Source: Moniliella sp. 'wahieum' (Eukaryota). From it: DNA of 64,000 nucleotides. The position numbers were made by a program, and so were the translations under genes. Positions 36,416 through 48,437 of this stretch are shown here, piece after piece (position 1 is the stretch's first letter; each line of letters starts with the position of its first letter). The stretch is from NCBI GenBank assembly GCA_003971905.1, contig RSEE01000006.1, positions 930,001 through 994,000 of the forward strand, in the 5' to 3' direction. Under the pieces are notes generated by a model that worked only from the letters and a program-made list of their open reading frames with translations, searched no databases and was not told where the DNA came from.

Positions 36416-37787
36416 TAGTTAACGCGAACATGATTGTATCATCAATCGGAGGAGCACTGGGAGGATGCCGTCGTTGCCACACAGGGATGGGAGTGATGCT
36501 CATCGTTGACGAAATACGCCGAGGTGAGTGGTTGGTGATGAGTAATAGGCGAGGCGATCACCGCTGCTCACTGGATGAGCGAAGAGTTTCTCTGGTGAGA
36601 TTGATGAGACCTGAAGTCCTGATGGTCCTCGATGTGGATATGCAATCGGACTGGTGATGGTGGTCTGCATGAACTAAGCCAACCATCATGCATCAACGCC
36701 TACAGAGGAATAACATCAAGCAGCCTGCCGCCACAGGGGCTAGACTGCGGAAAAGGAGAACAGAAGCGAGAAAAACAACGGAACTCCTATGCCCGTGAGG
36801 AGGAATTGAAGGGTCGTTTTGGTCAAAACACACACGAGCCATGCGCGGTGGCTCAACATTTTTTGTGGCGTAGGAGACGCTGAGAAGATGTGCGGGGGGC
36901 CTGAGACGCGGGGGCCTCTATGTGACAAGTTAGGTGTAAACGTTGACGGATATACGCTGGTACCGTCGGCAAGGTCCAGCGGAACGAGATTGTTTCGCTT
37001 GGGTTTTACACGTCTGCGAGGCTAGCGAATCACAAGGGGGATAGGGTGTGGTGGGTGAGATAATATAGCAGCGAGGGAGGAGTTTTTAAGCCCTGCGAGC
37101 TGAGGCCTGGCGCTGCGGCTGAGGCCTGGCGCTGCGGCTGGGGGCGAGGCGTCAGGCAGTGGTCGGGCCTCCGGAGGGCACGAGGGCCCGCGGGCGGGCG
37201 TTGGAGGCGGGCGGAGGAAGCGGTGTCTCCCTCGTTCCCCGTCTTTGGCAGGCCGACGCCCGTGGTGGCGGGTGGTCGGTGGCTGGTGGCCGGTGGCTGG
37301 TGGCCAAGGCCATGGCCATGGCCTGCCTTGGCGTGTACCTGGCAGCTGGCTGGCAGACGGCAGCGGCGTCACGCATGTCACCCGTCGGGACATGCCACGC
37401 CGCGGCTCAAATTGCAGTGGCCATTCGGTGTTGCTCTCCGTACAGTGCCCCCCTGCTGGGGCGGCCAGACCCGGGCACCGTTTCTGCTTTGCTGCTGCAA
37501 GCGTCGCCACGCCCGGCTGCGTGCGACGAGGCCCGAGGCACCCGAACGCACAGACGCCCCACTACTTCATGCTGGTGACTGGGGACTACGTGACTAGCGA
37601 CTGATGACTGTGGGCGCAGCACCCAAACTCTCTCAAAAGCCCCCAAGCCGCCGGGCCAAGCGTCCCCTTCGGCCTCGGGCCTTCAGGATTCAGCTTCAGT
37701 CACCGCAACCCCAGCTCTCTGCCCATCGTCTCCTGCCCTCGCCTTCCCCCCCCCCCCCCCCATCTGCCTCAAGCGGAGTGCTTGCGC

Positions 37788-38850
37788 TTTTGTCTTGTCG
37801 TCCAACATGGCCTCTCCCCAGACCTCCGCTCCCACCACGCGCGCCCAGCGTCCGCGCTCATGTCCCTCACTCATTCCGGCGAATCGTCGCCCGTTACGGG
37901 CGACATGCACGTCCGCCTGCCTCCCGATGTACATGCCAGCTGGGTGAACTCGGATGCCCTGCGTCACCTGTTTATCACGCAGGACTCGCAGAGCATCAAG
38001 GCCAACTCGTCGCGTCCCTTTGTCATCAGCCCCTTTGCAAGGGACTTGTGGCCCCCGCGATACGATGCGCCGCAGCAAGAGGTCACCCAAACATCTTCCG
38101 CCTCGGGTGTTTTCAAGTCGCACTCGGCCGTGAATGTGACAGTTTACGTTGACGGCACTGTCAATGGAGTTGAGACGCTGCGCAAGGAGAACCCCCAGTT
38201 GGAATTGGTCCCAACGTCTCTTCCTGGCACCCCCAGTACCCGTAAGGCCAACAACCGCCACTCATCCTACTTTTCCTACGTTCCTCGCAAGGAGCGCCTG
38301 CTTCCTGTGATTGTCCAAGCGAAAAGTGTGGTGAGCTATGTGACTCTCCGATCCCGTCCTATCCTGTGCTTGACACGCCGCTCCAGATACGCGCCCGCAC
38401 CTTGCGTGGTGCGTGCAATGTCTTTCTGCCCCCCGAGTTTTCGGGGATTGTATCGTGGAGTCTGGGTGTGGGGCCGCACGGAAGCACGATCAAACAAGCA
38501 AGTGGGGATGAGGTGGGAATGGGGGGGTTCAAGTTATCCAAGGCACTCCGCAACAGCGGTCGGGTGATTGACCTAACCGGCCGACTGGGCGTCGGACCAC
38601 CACCGGGAACAAGCAGCGCGACGGCGGACCGATGTGAAAAAGCGCTCAAACTGCATGCGCCCCTGCTCAAGAAACGGCCGAATCGGGGTCTTATCAAGGT
38701 CTATCCCGTGGGAACGCACCTGGCAGCGGGGGTGGAGCCCCCCGCGCTCCGGGGTGATCTGTGTGAGCTGGTCACGGCTCGGGCAACATGACTCTCTATG
38801 ACGCCTCTGAGTTCAAGGAGGAGGAAGGGTGTGTGATCAGCTAAGGGTGC
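37788..38850 (+). CDS. Hypothetical protein, beta-strand-rich fungal type
   Basis: ATG at 37788 after a pyrimidine-rich leader. Coding-like pieces HSAVNVTVYVDG, LLPVIVQAKSVVSYVTL, LQIRARTLRGACNVFLPPEFSGIVSW, RGLIKVYPVG. Frameshifted; end approximate. Confidence 0.55.
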
Positions 38851-39389
38851 TTCTTGTGGACAGTTATCATACGTGCTTTATTCCCTTTTTGCCCCCTGTT
38901 CTCACCCCTGCCTCGCTATTCCTTTTTGCATACTGCTTCAACTTTCTTCTTCTCATCTTGTTGTTACGCGCCTCATTGTCTGCTGCTTCTTGTTCCGGAT
39001 TCTACCGAGCCCATACATGGAATGGATTGTATGGCATGCAGTATCACCCCGTCGCTACCGGACACGTATTGTTGAGCAGGATACAGAGCAGTAGTGGGCT
39101 GTCTGGGGCAGGCTAGTGTCTGGTCTGTGTGGGCGGCCTGAGTCTGAGATCTTAGTCTGAGATCGGATGGGGCCGGACGCGCATGTTCAAATTTCAATGG
39201 GCCGCCCCTTGCTTGCCGCGGCACACACCCGAGCGGAATTGGGGCCGACATACAAAGCGGCGGCGGCGCTCTTTCCGCCCGGCCCAATTTTTTTCGCCTG
39301 GCGCTTCACTTGCAGCGACATTATAGCTCCCACCCGCCCGGCCCCGCCTTCCTCCATCCAACGCCTCCGCCCCGCCCTCGACTGCGACG

Positions 39390-42300
39390 ATGGCCGACTA
39401 CGACGGCGGCGGCAACCGACGCGCTCAACGAGGCCCTCCTCAAGATCCGCCACCACACCGCATCCAAGCTCGAAACCAGCGCACCCCTGCTCTCCTCCTC
39501 ACCGCCATCGAGACCGGCATTGCCGAGCACCATGCCGCTGCCCGCGCCGCCGGCCAGGCTGCGCCTCCCGAGGGCAGCTCCCCCCCCCCACCGAGTACCT
39601 GGTGGGTATGCTGAGCATGTCCGCAGCCGCCACCAGCAGTAAGGTGTGTGTTTTTTCTTTTTCTTTTTTGGTTCTTCTTCTTGGTCTCTGCGGGCATCTT
39701 CTCATCCTGACAATAACCCTTCCTTCTCTGCTTAGGTTGCCGTGTCGTTGCCCGCTCTGCTCTACCTTATCTCCCTCACCGCCCCCCATGTCCCCACAAG
39801 CGTGCTGTACAAGGAGATCGACCCGCTCTTGCGTCTTCTGCAGGGCCCGCTTAGCAGCCCGCATGCCATCATCGATGCAGGCACACAAGGCGCCCAAGGG
39901 GTCTTGCTGCCCAACTTCGCTCGGTGCTCAACATCCTCGAGATCGCCCTGGTGCATTTTCCTCTCAAGGTGCTTTCCCACACCCCGCTCCAGCAATCGTT
40001 CAACTCGGCCCTCAAGCTCTGCATCGACGTCCGCCCCAAGGTTCGCCGTCGCGCCCAGCAGCTTGTGCTTGCTACCCTTCAGCGCGACGATGGTGACCAC
40101 CCCTATGCCACTCCCGTGCTTACGTGGCTCGTTCAATCTTTTGACCGCGTCGGCGAGGCGAGTGGATCCAAGTCCCATGACGGAAAGCCCGAGTTTGACA
40201 AGAAGACTGGCGTGCGCTGCACAGCGGTGCGGCGGCCGCGTTGCGGCAGAACGCACTCGAACTGCAAAACGAAGCCAAGGCCAAGCGTGGGGCCAACGTT
40301 AAGTTGCATCCTAGTGCCGGGTGTGGCTCACTGGCTTTGCCAAGGAGCTCATCCCTGTCCTCCACACCCATGGGGCGTTGGGGTCCAAGGCCGCGCTCGA
40401 AGGGCTGGTCAAGGCGCTGATTCGTCTGCCGTCGCTTCAGAACCCGTTTTTGTCCGTCGGGGCGTTCGATGACTTTGAAGTGCTCTTTCGCCAGCGTTTG
40501 CAAAATGGGTCGTCCAGCTGCTGCAAACTACCCTCCGCACCCTCCGCTCCAAACACGTTCGCAACCAAGTGTCTTCGGACGCCCAGTTGTACCCTGCGTA
40601 CCTCCACGCCTTGTCCTCCGCTCTGACTGCCTTGGCCCGGTACGACCTGGTCGCAGCCGAGACGGGGTCGGAGATGAGCCCTCTCTGGGCGAGTCAGGAG
40701 GATTCGATCAGTGCCCTTCCTATCTTTACCGACGTTCTCTCTCGCGCCCTCGGCAGGTATGGGGGCTAAGAGCAAGCCCGTCCGGGAAGCTGGCAAGGCG
40801 CTGTTGCTCGCCATCATCAAGGCTTTGCCTCGGAGCAAAATCGTGTCGGCTGCGTCGGCGCCCACGGAACCTTCCGAGGTCAAGTCGATTGTGGACCAGC
40901 TGCACAACGCCTTGAGGGACAGGCTGTCAAGTTCCTGGCATCGCGGGCCGAATTGTTGGGGGTAATCGAGGGTCTGATCGAGCAACTTCGCACGTTTGTC
41001 CGGCCGCTCGCTCGCCCATCCCCCAAGCCCATGTGGACCACGACACGCCTCGGCCTCCGAGGTGTTTTGTCTCCCGTTCATCACGTCCGCCGCAACGATG
41101 CGGACAGACGAGTCGTTTGAGCATCGTGCCGAGGCCGATGCGGTTCTTGCCAAGGCAGTCAACGTCTGTGGGCCCGGGGTCGTTCTCGAACTGTTGCCCC
41201 TCAACCTACTAGGGGAAGATGAGCCGGAACGCACCTGGCTTTTGCCCCTCATGGCACGTCAAATTGACAACACGGAGCTGGCCCACTTTGCCACCGTCTT
41301 GCTCCCCCTCACCAAGGAGCTGGATCAGCGTCGGGCCGACGCCGAATCCCGCCGGGAAGGGAGCCGTGGCGCGGCATCATCCGAGTCGTTGATGTGGTCC
41401 ACGCTCATCAAGCAGGTATGGGACTTGTTCCCCGGGTACTGCAAGTTGCCCCTGGACGCCGTGTCGGCCTTGAGCCAAACCACCCTGGCGGCCGACTGGT
41501 GGATGTGCTGAAACGTTCGCAGGACCCTGCGTCGGGGTGGGGCGTGTCGGCCATCGATCCTTGGTGGGCTGCAGCAACTGGTTGAGACCAGTCGCAGTAT
41601 CAAGGCGTCCGGGATGGGGCTGGAGCTCGAAGCCAACTTTGGTCTGACCCCGGCTGATGGCGAAGCCAACTTGGCCAAACTGGCCGAAATGGCACCTGGG
41701 TTCATGACCGTGTTGTACGACGTGCTGCGCTTGAGCCCGCGGGAAGACAAGGCTTTATCTTGCCCACCATGAGTCTGTTTATTGATCTGTTGCCTCCGTC
41801 TGCTCTCGAGGCCGCGTTCCAGCACTTGCTCACTACCCTCGCACAGCCTTGGCTCAGCCCCTGAGCACCAAGCACGGGAAAGCAGATGCCAACGCGCCCC
41901 AGTCCGAGTTGGTCACGTCGCTCAAGGTGTTGGCTCTGTTTGTACCGCACTTGTCGGTCGCTCAGGCTTCCACGCTGCTCACCGGGATTTTGGGCGAGGC
42001 GAACGATAAGACACAAGCTGTCGCCCCGCCCTCTTGACCAACAAGGAGGCGGCCGTGCAAAAGCGCGCCTACCACCTGTTCACCCGGCTTGTCGAAGCCT
42101 CTACGGTCCGGTCGTGCTGGCTTCGAAAGGCTCCAACGGTGCCCCGTTGCTGCTGACGCTACTCAAGGCGGTCACCATTTCTCAGATCAACGTTGCACCC
42201 GGGGCCGAAGACGAACGGATGGGACTCTTGTCGGCGCTGGTGCCGCGCATCCCTCGTGATCAACTCCATCTCCTTCACCCTCTTACCGTCGAGCCGTTCT

Positions 42301-43756
42301 CGGCACCAAAGGGCGCGGGGCGAACGCAAGGGCAGTTTCACCCCTCCTCCTCGCTCTCGCCGAGAAGTTCAAGGCGGGCGGCGAGATCAACATGCAGCCG
42401 TTGAGTGGCCAAGACGAAGTGCGCACCGCGAGCATCGAGGAGTTCTTCCTCTTGGCCTCGGGACTTCTCGGGGCTCGACCCCGCACGAGATCTCGGCGAC
42501 CTGGATGGCGCTCAACCGGTTGGTGTACGAGTACCGCGCGACCTTTCTGCGCAATCGATCAAGGAACTGCTCCAGACGGCCGCCACGTTTGTCCGGAGCC
42601 AGAACCGAGAGATCATCAAGTCGGTCCTGGGCACGATGAACGTTGCTGCGGTCAGTGTCGATTCGGGGTTGCTCTTGGCGGACAATGGCGAGTTGCTGCG
42701 GACGTTGGTGGAAGCTGTGTTTGCTCTGTCCAAGGACAACCGGTACCGGTTCAAGTTGCCCGTGCGCCACTTTTGCGAGCGCCTCGTCCGTCGGTTTGGA
42801 TTTGATGCGATCGATCGGCTGGTGCCCGAAGACGACAAGAAGTTGTTGGCCAACATTCGCAAGCGCAAGGAACGTGCCAAGCGCCGTCGTACCGAGAAGG
42901 AAGACGATCCTCACCTCACCGAAACGGCACTGGGCACGACCCAGGCCGCGCGCAAGACGCGCGACATTGGTACGGACGCATTTGAAGATGTGCTGTACGG
43001 CTCCGAGGCCGAGCTGGCCTCGTCGGACGAAGAGGAGGAACGGGGCGCGCCGCACAAGGGCAAGGCGCCCCAGGGCAAAGCACCCCAGGGTAAGAAATCT
43101 CGTCGTCTGTCGACGAGACGTACATTCGCGCCGACGACGATGAGCCGATGGACTTGTTGGACCGCGGCGCTGCTGGCTCCAAGATTATGACGGGCAGTGG
43201 ACGGGCGGCGGTGCAGGCGCGTGCGAACGCGGCGGCCGGCCGCGCCTCGCGAAAGGGCACCCAGTTCCCCAGCGACGTCGATACGGGCAAGATGCTGATT
43301 CAGGACGAGGAGGATCCACACTGGCCCCGACGGTGACCCGGGGCAAAAGCGCAAGTCGGGCGACGACTTGGAGGAGGAGCAAGATGATGGGGATGCGTAC
43401 CGTGGTCTGTCGATCGGAGCTGATGGTCATACCCACACCCGCACAGGCGCCGTCAAGTTCAACAAGAACAACAAGAAGACCCGTGCGGCCGAGGCGGAGA
43501 TGGATTTGGACGAGCAGGACGACGAGGCGCGGCAGATTGGTGCGCCAGCCGAAAATAAGGACCGTCGCAAGCGGCCCAAGAAGGACAAGACGGCCATTGG
43601 GGGCCAGTTCCGTGCCAAGAAGGCCCAGGCGATGTGCAGCGGGGCGGCATGTCCCCCTATGCGTATGTCCCGCTGGGCGATGTGAGTGGCAAGAAGGCCG
43701 GACGCAACGCGCGCCAGATGGACATTACTGGCCACGGACGCAAGCGCCGCGGTTGA
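39390..43756 (+). CDS. RRP12: Ribosome biogenesis HEAT-repeat protein Rrp12 (NUC173 domain)
   Basis: ALNEALLKIRHHTASKLE; LKLCIDVRPKVRRRAQ; GPGVVLELLPLNL..RTWLLPLM..ELAHF..QVWDLFPGYC; NREIIKSVLG; ERLVRRFGFDAIDRLVPEDDKKLLANIRKRKERAKR; GGQFRAKKA..PYAYVPL. TGA at 43754-43756; many frameshifts. Confidence 0.95.
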
Positions 43757-44006
43757 ACTTGCTTCCTCTTCCTGTTTCTGGTTTTGCTTTTGAGATGAAC
43801 TTCATGCTTTGGCTATTCCGCAAGATCCGTAGAAACTCTGTCTGGAGCTACGAGCAAAACGCTTTCTCTACATACGTCTACATAGGTGCCATACGGAAAG
43901 GATGTAGGGGAGGTGGTAGTGGAGGTGTGAGAGAGTGCATACAGTACATGCAGGTCCCTGGGAGAAATCTCTCCCCGCCCAAGGAACTTTTCGAGCCCAA
44001 GGAGTT

Positions 44007-45366
44007 CTAAGCCGAAGGCACGGGTTCCTGCTGCGCTTGGCCCTCCACTGCTGCAACAGGCGCTTCCGACCGGGTCTCGACGTCGCCGAGGTGAGCGTGT
44101 AAGGATACGCGCGATCGCGCCGTCCCACTCCTCCAGGCGTTTCCAACAGCTTCCATTGGGCCGGGCCAAACGCGCGGTGGGATGCGCGGAAGACACGGAA
44201 GGTCTGGTGCGTCTGCGACAACTTGCCCGCCGCCAGACCGCACGAATCAAGTCAATCAGCCACCCCTCGACGGCGTCCGAACCCGTCTCCTTCTCCCCTG
44301 CAGCAGACAGCACCGAACCGATTTGAGCATAGTGAGCGTGGCCGGTGCCGCCGGTGCGCTCTCCCCTTGCACCTTGGCACAGGCGTCGGCCAGGTCCAAC
44401 AGCGTAGCCTTCCGCGACAAGGCGGCGGTGTCAATGCCAAGACGCTTCACTTCGGCCTCGTTGGACGAGATCCACTTGGCCACCTCGGCCGCCGGGCCGG
44501 TAATCAGTGCGGTCAGCAGCGCCCCGGCTGGCGAACCCTGCAGCGCCTTGGACGCAGCAGGAATGTTGGCCAGCGTCTCAAAGTCCATCACTGTGGGCAA
44601 AGCAATGGCGAAACCAAGGCAGCTTCAGCACCGGCTTTGGCGCCCTTGGACTCGCCTGTGGCAGTGAGGCGCAGGTAACCAGGGTAAACTCGTACGCTTG
44701 CTTTGGGTTGTCGCTCCCGTCCCGAAGCGTCTGCGAAACGTGCGCGAGCAACGCTTCCTTCTCCTCTGCGCTCACGTCCCATTGTGCCAGCCACACGGGA
44801 AGCTGCTCCAGCGTCGGGAGCAGCACGTCCACCTCTCCCTGGACAGACAGCAGGTCCACCAGAGCTCGGTAGACGGTAAGACGCAGCCCCGAAGTAGCGG
44901 AAGCAGGTTGAATGTGTTGGTCGACTGAGGCAAAGAGTCAGGTCAGTAACCCTCGCCTTACACCATCCAGTAGAATCAAAGTACATACATCTGCGTCTTG
45001 AGCGGGGCACCCGCGTGCTCCGCAGCGGGCACCGCACGAACAAGGCTGGACAGGAGCGACGTCTGCTTGGCCTGGTCGTCGGCGAAGGTGGACTGGATCA
45101 AAGCCACGAGGAGGTTGTATGCGCCCTCGGTGTCGCGCGGCGTGACGACGTCCTCAGAAGGCGCGGCGATCGCCGGGTGGCGACGGCCGCGACCAACTTC
45201 TCCACGGCGGCAGGGGCGGCGCAGCGTCGGCCACGGCGAACGACGCACGGAACGCATCGCGCTCGGCCGCGGGCTTGGCGCGGGCGAAGAGGGTGGCGAG
45301 GTCAGCGATCTGCTCGGCGATAGGTGCGTCGGCGACAACGACGTTTTGCGTGGCCAGCAGGCTCAT
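44007..45366 (-). CDS. Translation initiation factor eIF3 subunit M (PCI domain)
   Basis: DTEGAYNLLVALI; LEQLPVWLAQWDVS; LSRKATLLDLADAC; VEGWLIDLIRA..LSQTHQTFRVFRASHRAFGPAQWKLLE..LEEW. One intron near 44930-44988. Confidence 0.88.
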
Positions 45367-45792
45367 GCTGGGCAAGGGATGCGGGGGGGGCGGTCGCTGC
45401 GATGGAGAGGGGGAGGGTGAGGCCGACGAGAGGCCGTGGCGGCCTAGGCGACCGAGCGAAAAAATTGCGACGAAGAAACGGCGGCCCGCACGGCGCCAGT
45501 CTTGGCCAGCCCGCATTCCGCCTGTCCCGCGTGAAATATGAAATCGCATCACGCCCCTGCTTACCTCATCCGCCGGGGGATGCGTGTCCGGGTGGCATGT
45601 GGCATGCCAGGGCATGCAAGCGCATGCAAGCGTACACGCATGCATGCTGCGTGGCTTGGCCTGCAACATTGCAGACAGGCGAGTGTACGTAATCCGCCGC
45701 CGATTAGTAAACCACTCGCCAGGCCGACTGGATGCTGCCGCCTCTCCATCGCCCCCCGCCTGTGCCCTCCTCCTCCCCCCGCATTGGCCGCC

Positions 45793-46440
45793 ATGCACGT
45801 CTCCCCGGCTGCTCTCATCACCATCCCCTGCGTCTGGCCCAGACGACGCGCGTCAGCTCCGACTGGAACGAGGCGCTGGCACGCGGCCGCTCGCTCTACC
45901 GCCTGTGGTACCGCTCCGCCCCGAGATCTGCACCATCTACGCCCTCAACCTGCCCCCCTCGACCCTGCGCGCCAAGTTCCGCACCGCGTTTGAGGCCAAC
46001 CGCGACGTCAAGGATCTGGCCGTGTACGACCTCCTGCTTCACAAGGGCTACGTTGAATTCCAGGAGACGGTCAACATGTGGAAACAACGACCCCACGTTA
46101 TGCGTTGGTTCCATGAAGAAGAGGTACGCCCCCCCCCCCCCCCCCTTTTAATGTGCTGGTGTCTCCCTCCCCCCCTGGCTCTGTCTGCCTTTGTCAGCGT
46201 CGGGGCATGGGCGAGTGAAGTGGGTGCTGTGCTGACACGATGGCTGACTGTCTTCTGACCTGCGTCGCCGTTCTCTTGGGCCTTGCTAGAGCGACCGTAT
46301 GTACTTTTCGCATCCCACGACTACGGAATAATACTAACTTTCGTGTGTTTTGCGCCTGCGCAGCTACTCCCAAGACGTTCCTCGACCGCTTCTATGCTAC
46401 TCGGGACGAGGGCCGCGGGCCCAATGGCCGTGGGCTGTAG
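45793..46440 (+). CDS. NDUFA6: Complex I LYR-motif subunit NDUFA6/NB4M (B14)
   Basis: RLAQTTRVSSDWNEALARGRSLYRLWYRSAPEICTIYALN..LRAKFRTAFEANRDVKDLAVYDLLLHKGYVEFQETVNMWKQRPHVMRWF..PKTFLDRFY. Exons: to 46123, 46290-46296, 46364-46440. Confidence 0.92.
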
Positions 46441-46715
46441 GCTGTTTCGCTTCCGCGCACAATGACATGCTCCCGCTGTTTCTTATGACAGACTGGGTAG
46501 GCCTTGTGGACGTAGGATGTATATAGCCCGTAATGTCCCCGTGTGGCAGCAGCGCACAAGGTATGCCTACGCCTGGATGCCTCTCTCGCTGCTAAGCAGA
46601 CCCTCATCTGGGTACGCACTCAAGGTTAAACCCTCCTCGCCGGATGCGGGCGGTGAGTGTAGGTGTTCTGCCAAAGAAGGTAGGTTGTGGAATTCTGACT
46701 AAAGGCAAAAAAGAG

Positions 46716-46800
46716 TAGCTACCGTCGGTCTTGATCCGACGACCTGTGGGTCGCACTAGGAATTATGAGCCCACCGCTCTTCCGCCTGAGCTAGGTAGCT
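46716..46800 (-). tRNA. Initiator tRNA-Met(CAU) with 12-nt intron
   Basis: Minus strand reads AGCTACC..GCTC AGGCGGAA GAGC G GTGGG CT CAT A [ATTCCTAGTGCG] A CCCAC AGGTC GTCGG ATCAAGA CCGAC GGTAGCT A. A1:U72, three G-C pairs in the anticodon stem and A54/A60 T loop are initiator hallmarks; T6 terminator downstream. Confidence 0.93.
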
Positions 46801-47268
46801 GCTACATCGATTGGGTTCCTCATAGATACACAACGTATCCGAAAAACAAGTCCATCATGCCCATATCCTGCTCCTTCGCACACGCGCGTTCACGCCCTGG
46901 CCTATGTCTCCATCAACTCAGCCACCACAAGAGAGGCAACCAGCCCTGCCTGGCTATGGGTACGATGCATGCGATAATATGTCGAAGTCATCAGCCTAGA
47001 CAGCATCGGCCTGAGAGGGAGGTTTTCACTTTTCGGTAGCAGACATACGCCGTTGCTGTGCTACTGGACGCCGTGGTATTGGGGGTTCAGTGTTACATAG
47101 CCAGATTCGATGAGATGCTGGGCGCTGAGGCGGGGGCGTGAGATCTAAGAGGGTGCGTTCGATGCGTGTACGTAGTCAGTCACACTGGTTTTGTGAATTG
47201 CGAGCTGCTCGGATGCACAGCTGCTACATACGGTGGTGTTCACATGGGTCTTTTCTGTCCCACTGTTC

Positions 47269-47390
47269 CCATCCCCACTCCATCCCCATCTCCATCCCCA
47301 TCTCCATTCCCATCTCCATCCCCATCTCCATCCCCATCTGCATTCCCATCTCCATCTCCATCTCCATCTCCATCCCATCTCCATCCCCAC
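47269..47390. repeat. (CCATCY)n hexamer microsatellite, about 20 copies
   Basis: CCATCCCCATCTCCATCCCCATCT run immediately upstream of ATG 47396. Confidence 0.92.
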
Positions 47391-47395
47391 CTGCC

Positions 47396-48437
47396 ATGGA
47401 GCCCGGCCGCAAACGTCTCCGCACGGACGCCAGGCGGTCGATGCCCTCACTCGGCGCTGCACCGCCTTCCCCCTCGCCACTAATACCGTTCGCCATCCCA
47501 TTCCAGCCGCCTGATCGGCCCCTCCACCGCCGCGCCTCCGCGCCCCTCTTCCCCTACCCCCCCATTCCTATCGCCCACGAGGGCGACGACGACGATTTCT
47601 TTCTCAGCTTCTCGCGATATACGCACCTTCCTCGCCGGCGACATCGCTCCTCCCGCTTGCCCTCGTTCCCCTTCCCGGCGTCACCTCAGCCCGTCCCCCC
47701 GTCCGAGCCAGCGGGGACCCCCCATATTACCCCACCCTCTACGCCGCGTAGGCACAAGCATTCCTACTCTGCTACTACCATCTCCTCTTCTTGCACACTC
47801 GTCTCCCCCACCTTGCCAAGACATCTCCCATCGAGGAATGGGACATTGCTGATCTTCTCCGTCAGATTGACGAGCTACAGTCGCTTCCTTCCCCTGCTCA
47901 AGACGGGGTAGACGGGTGCTCCGACCGGAATGAACTTGAGCCTCCTCGCTCTCCTTCCCACGAGGAAGACGACGACATTGCCTTCTTATGTCGGAGGAGG
48001 ACGAGGAGGACATCTCTCTTTCCTCCCTCCAAGAAGACCTGTGGCGTGCCCCGATCTCCGCCGAAGGGTATGCTGCTCTCTCCCTCGCTGCCTCCCTACC
48101 TCCCGAATGGGCAGACGAGTCCTCCGGTGCTCCTGTGTCGAATTATGCGTCGGGCCAGGAGGGGAGCCAAGCAGGATGGTCCTCTCTTTGGCTCAGCGAT
48201 GGAACGCGATCGCACCTGTGGTGCCTGCTGGGGAGTGGGTTGGACGATGTGCACCAGGAAGGACTCCTGATGGAGATCGAACTGGTGGAATGGGTTCGAT
48301 CTTTCTCCCATCGCATCACCCTATTGGTCTCGACTTGGCTCGCGTTTGTCTTGGTGGTATTTTGTACAAGCGTGTTCCTGCTTGTGTACGTTCTCCTCCT
48401 TATATCGTTCATCCCCTGCTCGCCCAGCACATGCTGA
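47396..48437 (+). CDS. Hypothetical protein with disordered N-terminus and C-terminal hydrophobic segment(s)
   Basis: MEPGRKRLRTDARRSMPSLG start; Pro/Ser-rich pieces; final frame ends ITLLVSTWLAFVLVVFCTSVFLLVYVLLLISFIPCSPSTC*. Frameshifted. Confidence 0.5.

Noticed and set aside
36535..36622. C/D-box snoRNA (GTGATGA..CTGA)
   Set aside because: Boxes are present but I see no terminal stem or identifiable rRNA-complementary guide; needs a snoscan/Infernal test.
37100..37140. 18-bp tandem duplication GCTGAGGCCTGGCGCTGC and (TGTCAGG)4 near 61984-62010 as mobile-element ends
   Set aside because: Simple slippage repeats with no matching distal terminus or transposase.
39390..43756. RRP12 and other broken genes as pseudogenes
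   Set aside because: Essential genes with intact motifs; indels are window-wide and fit sequencing error.
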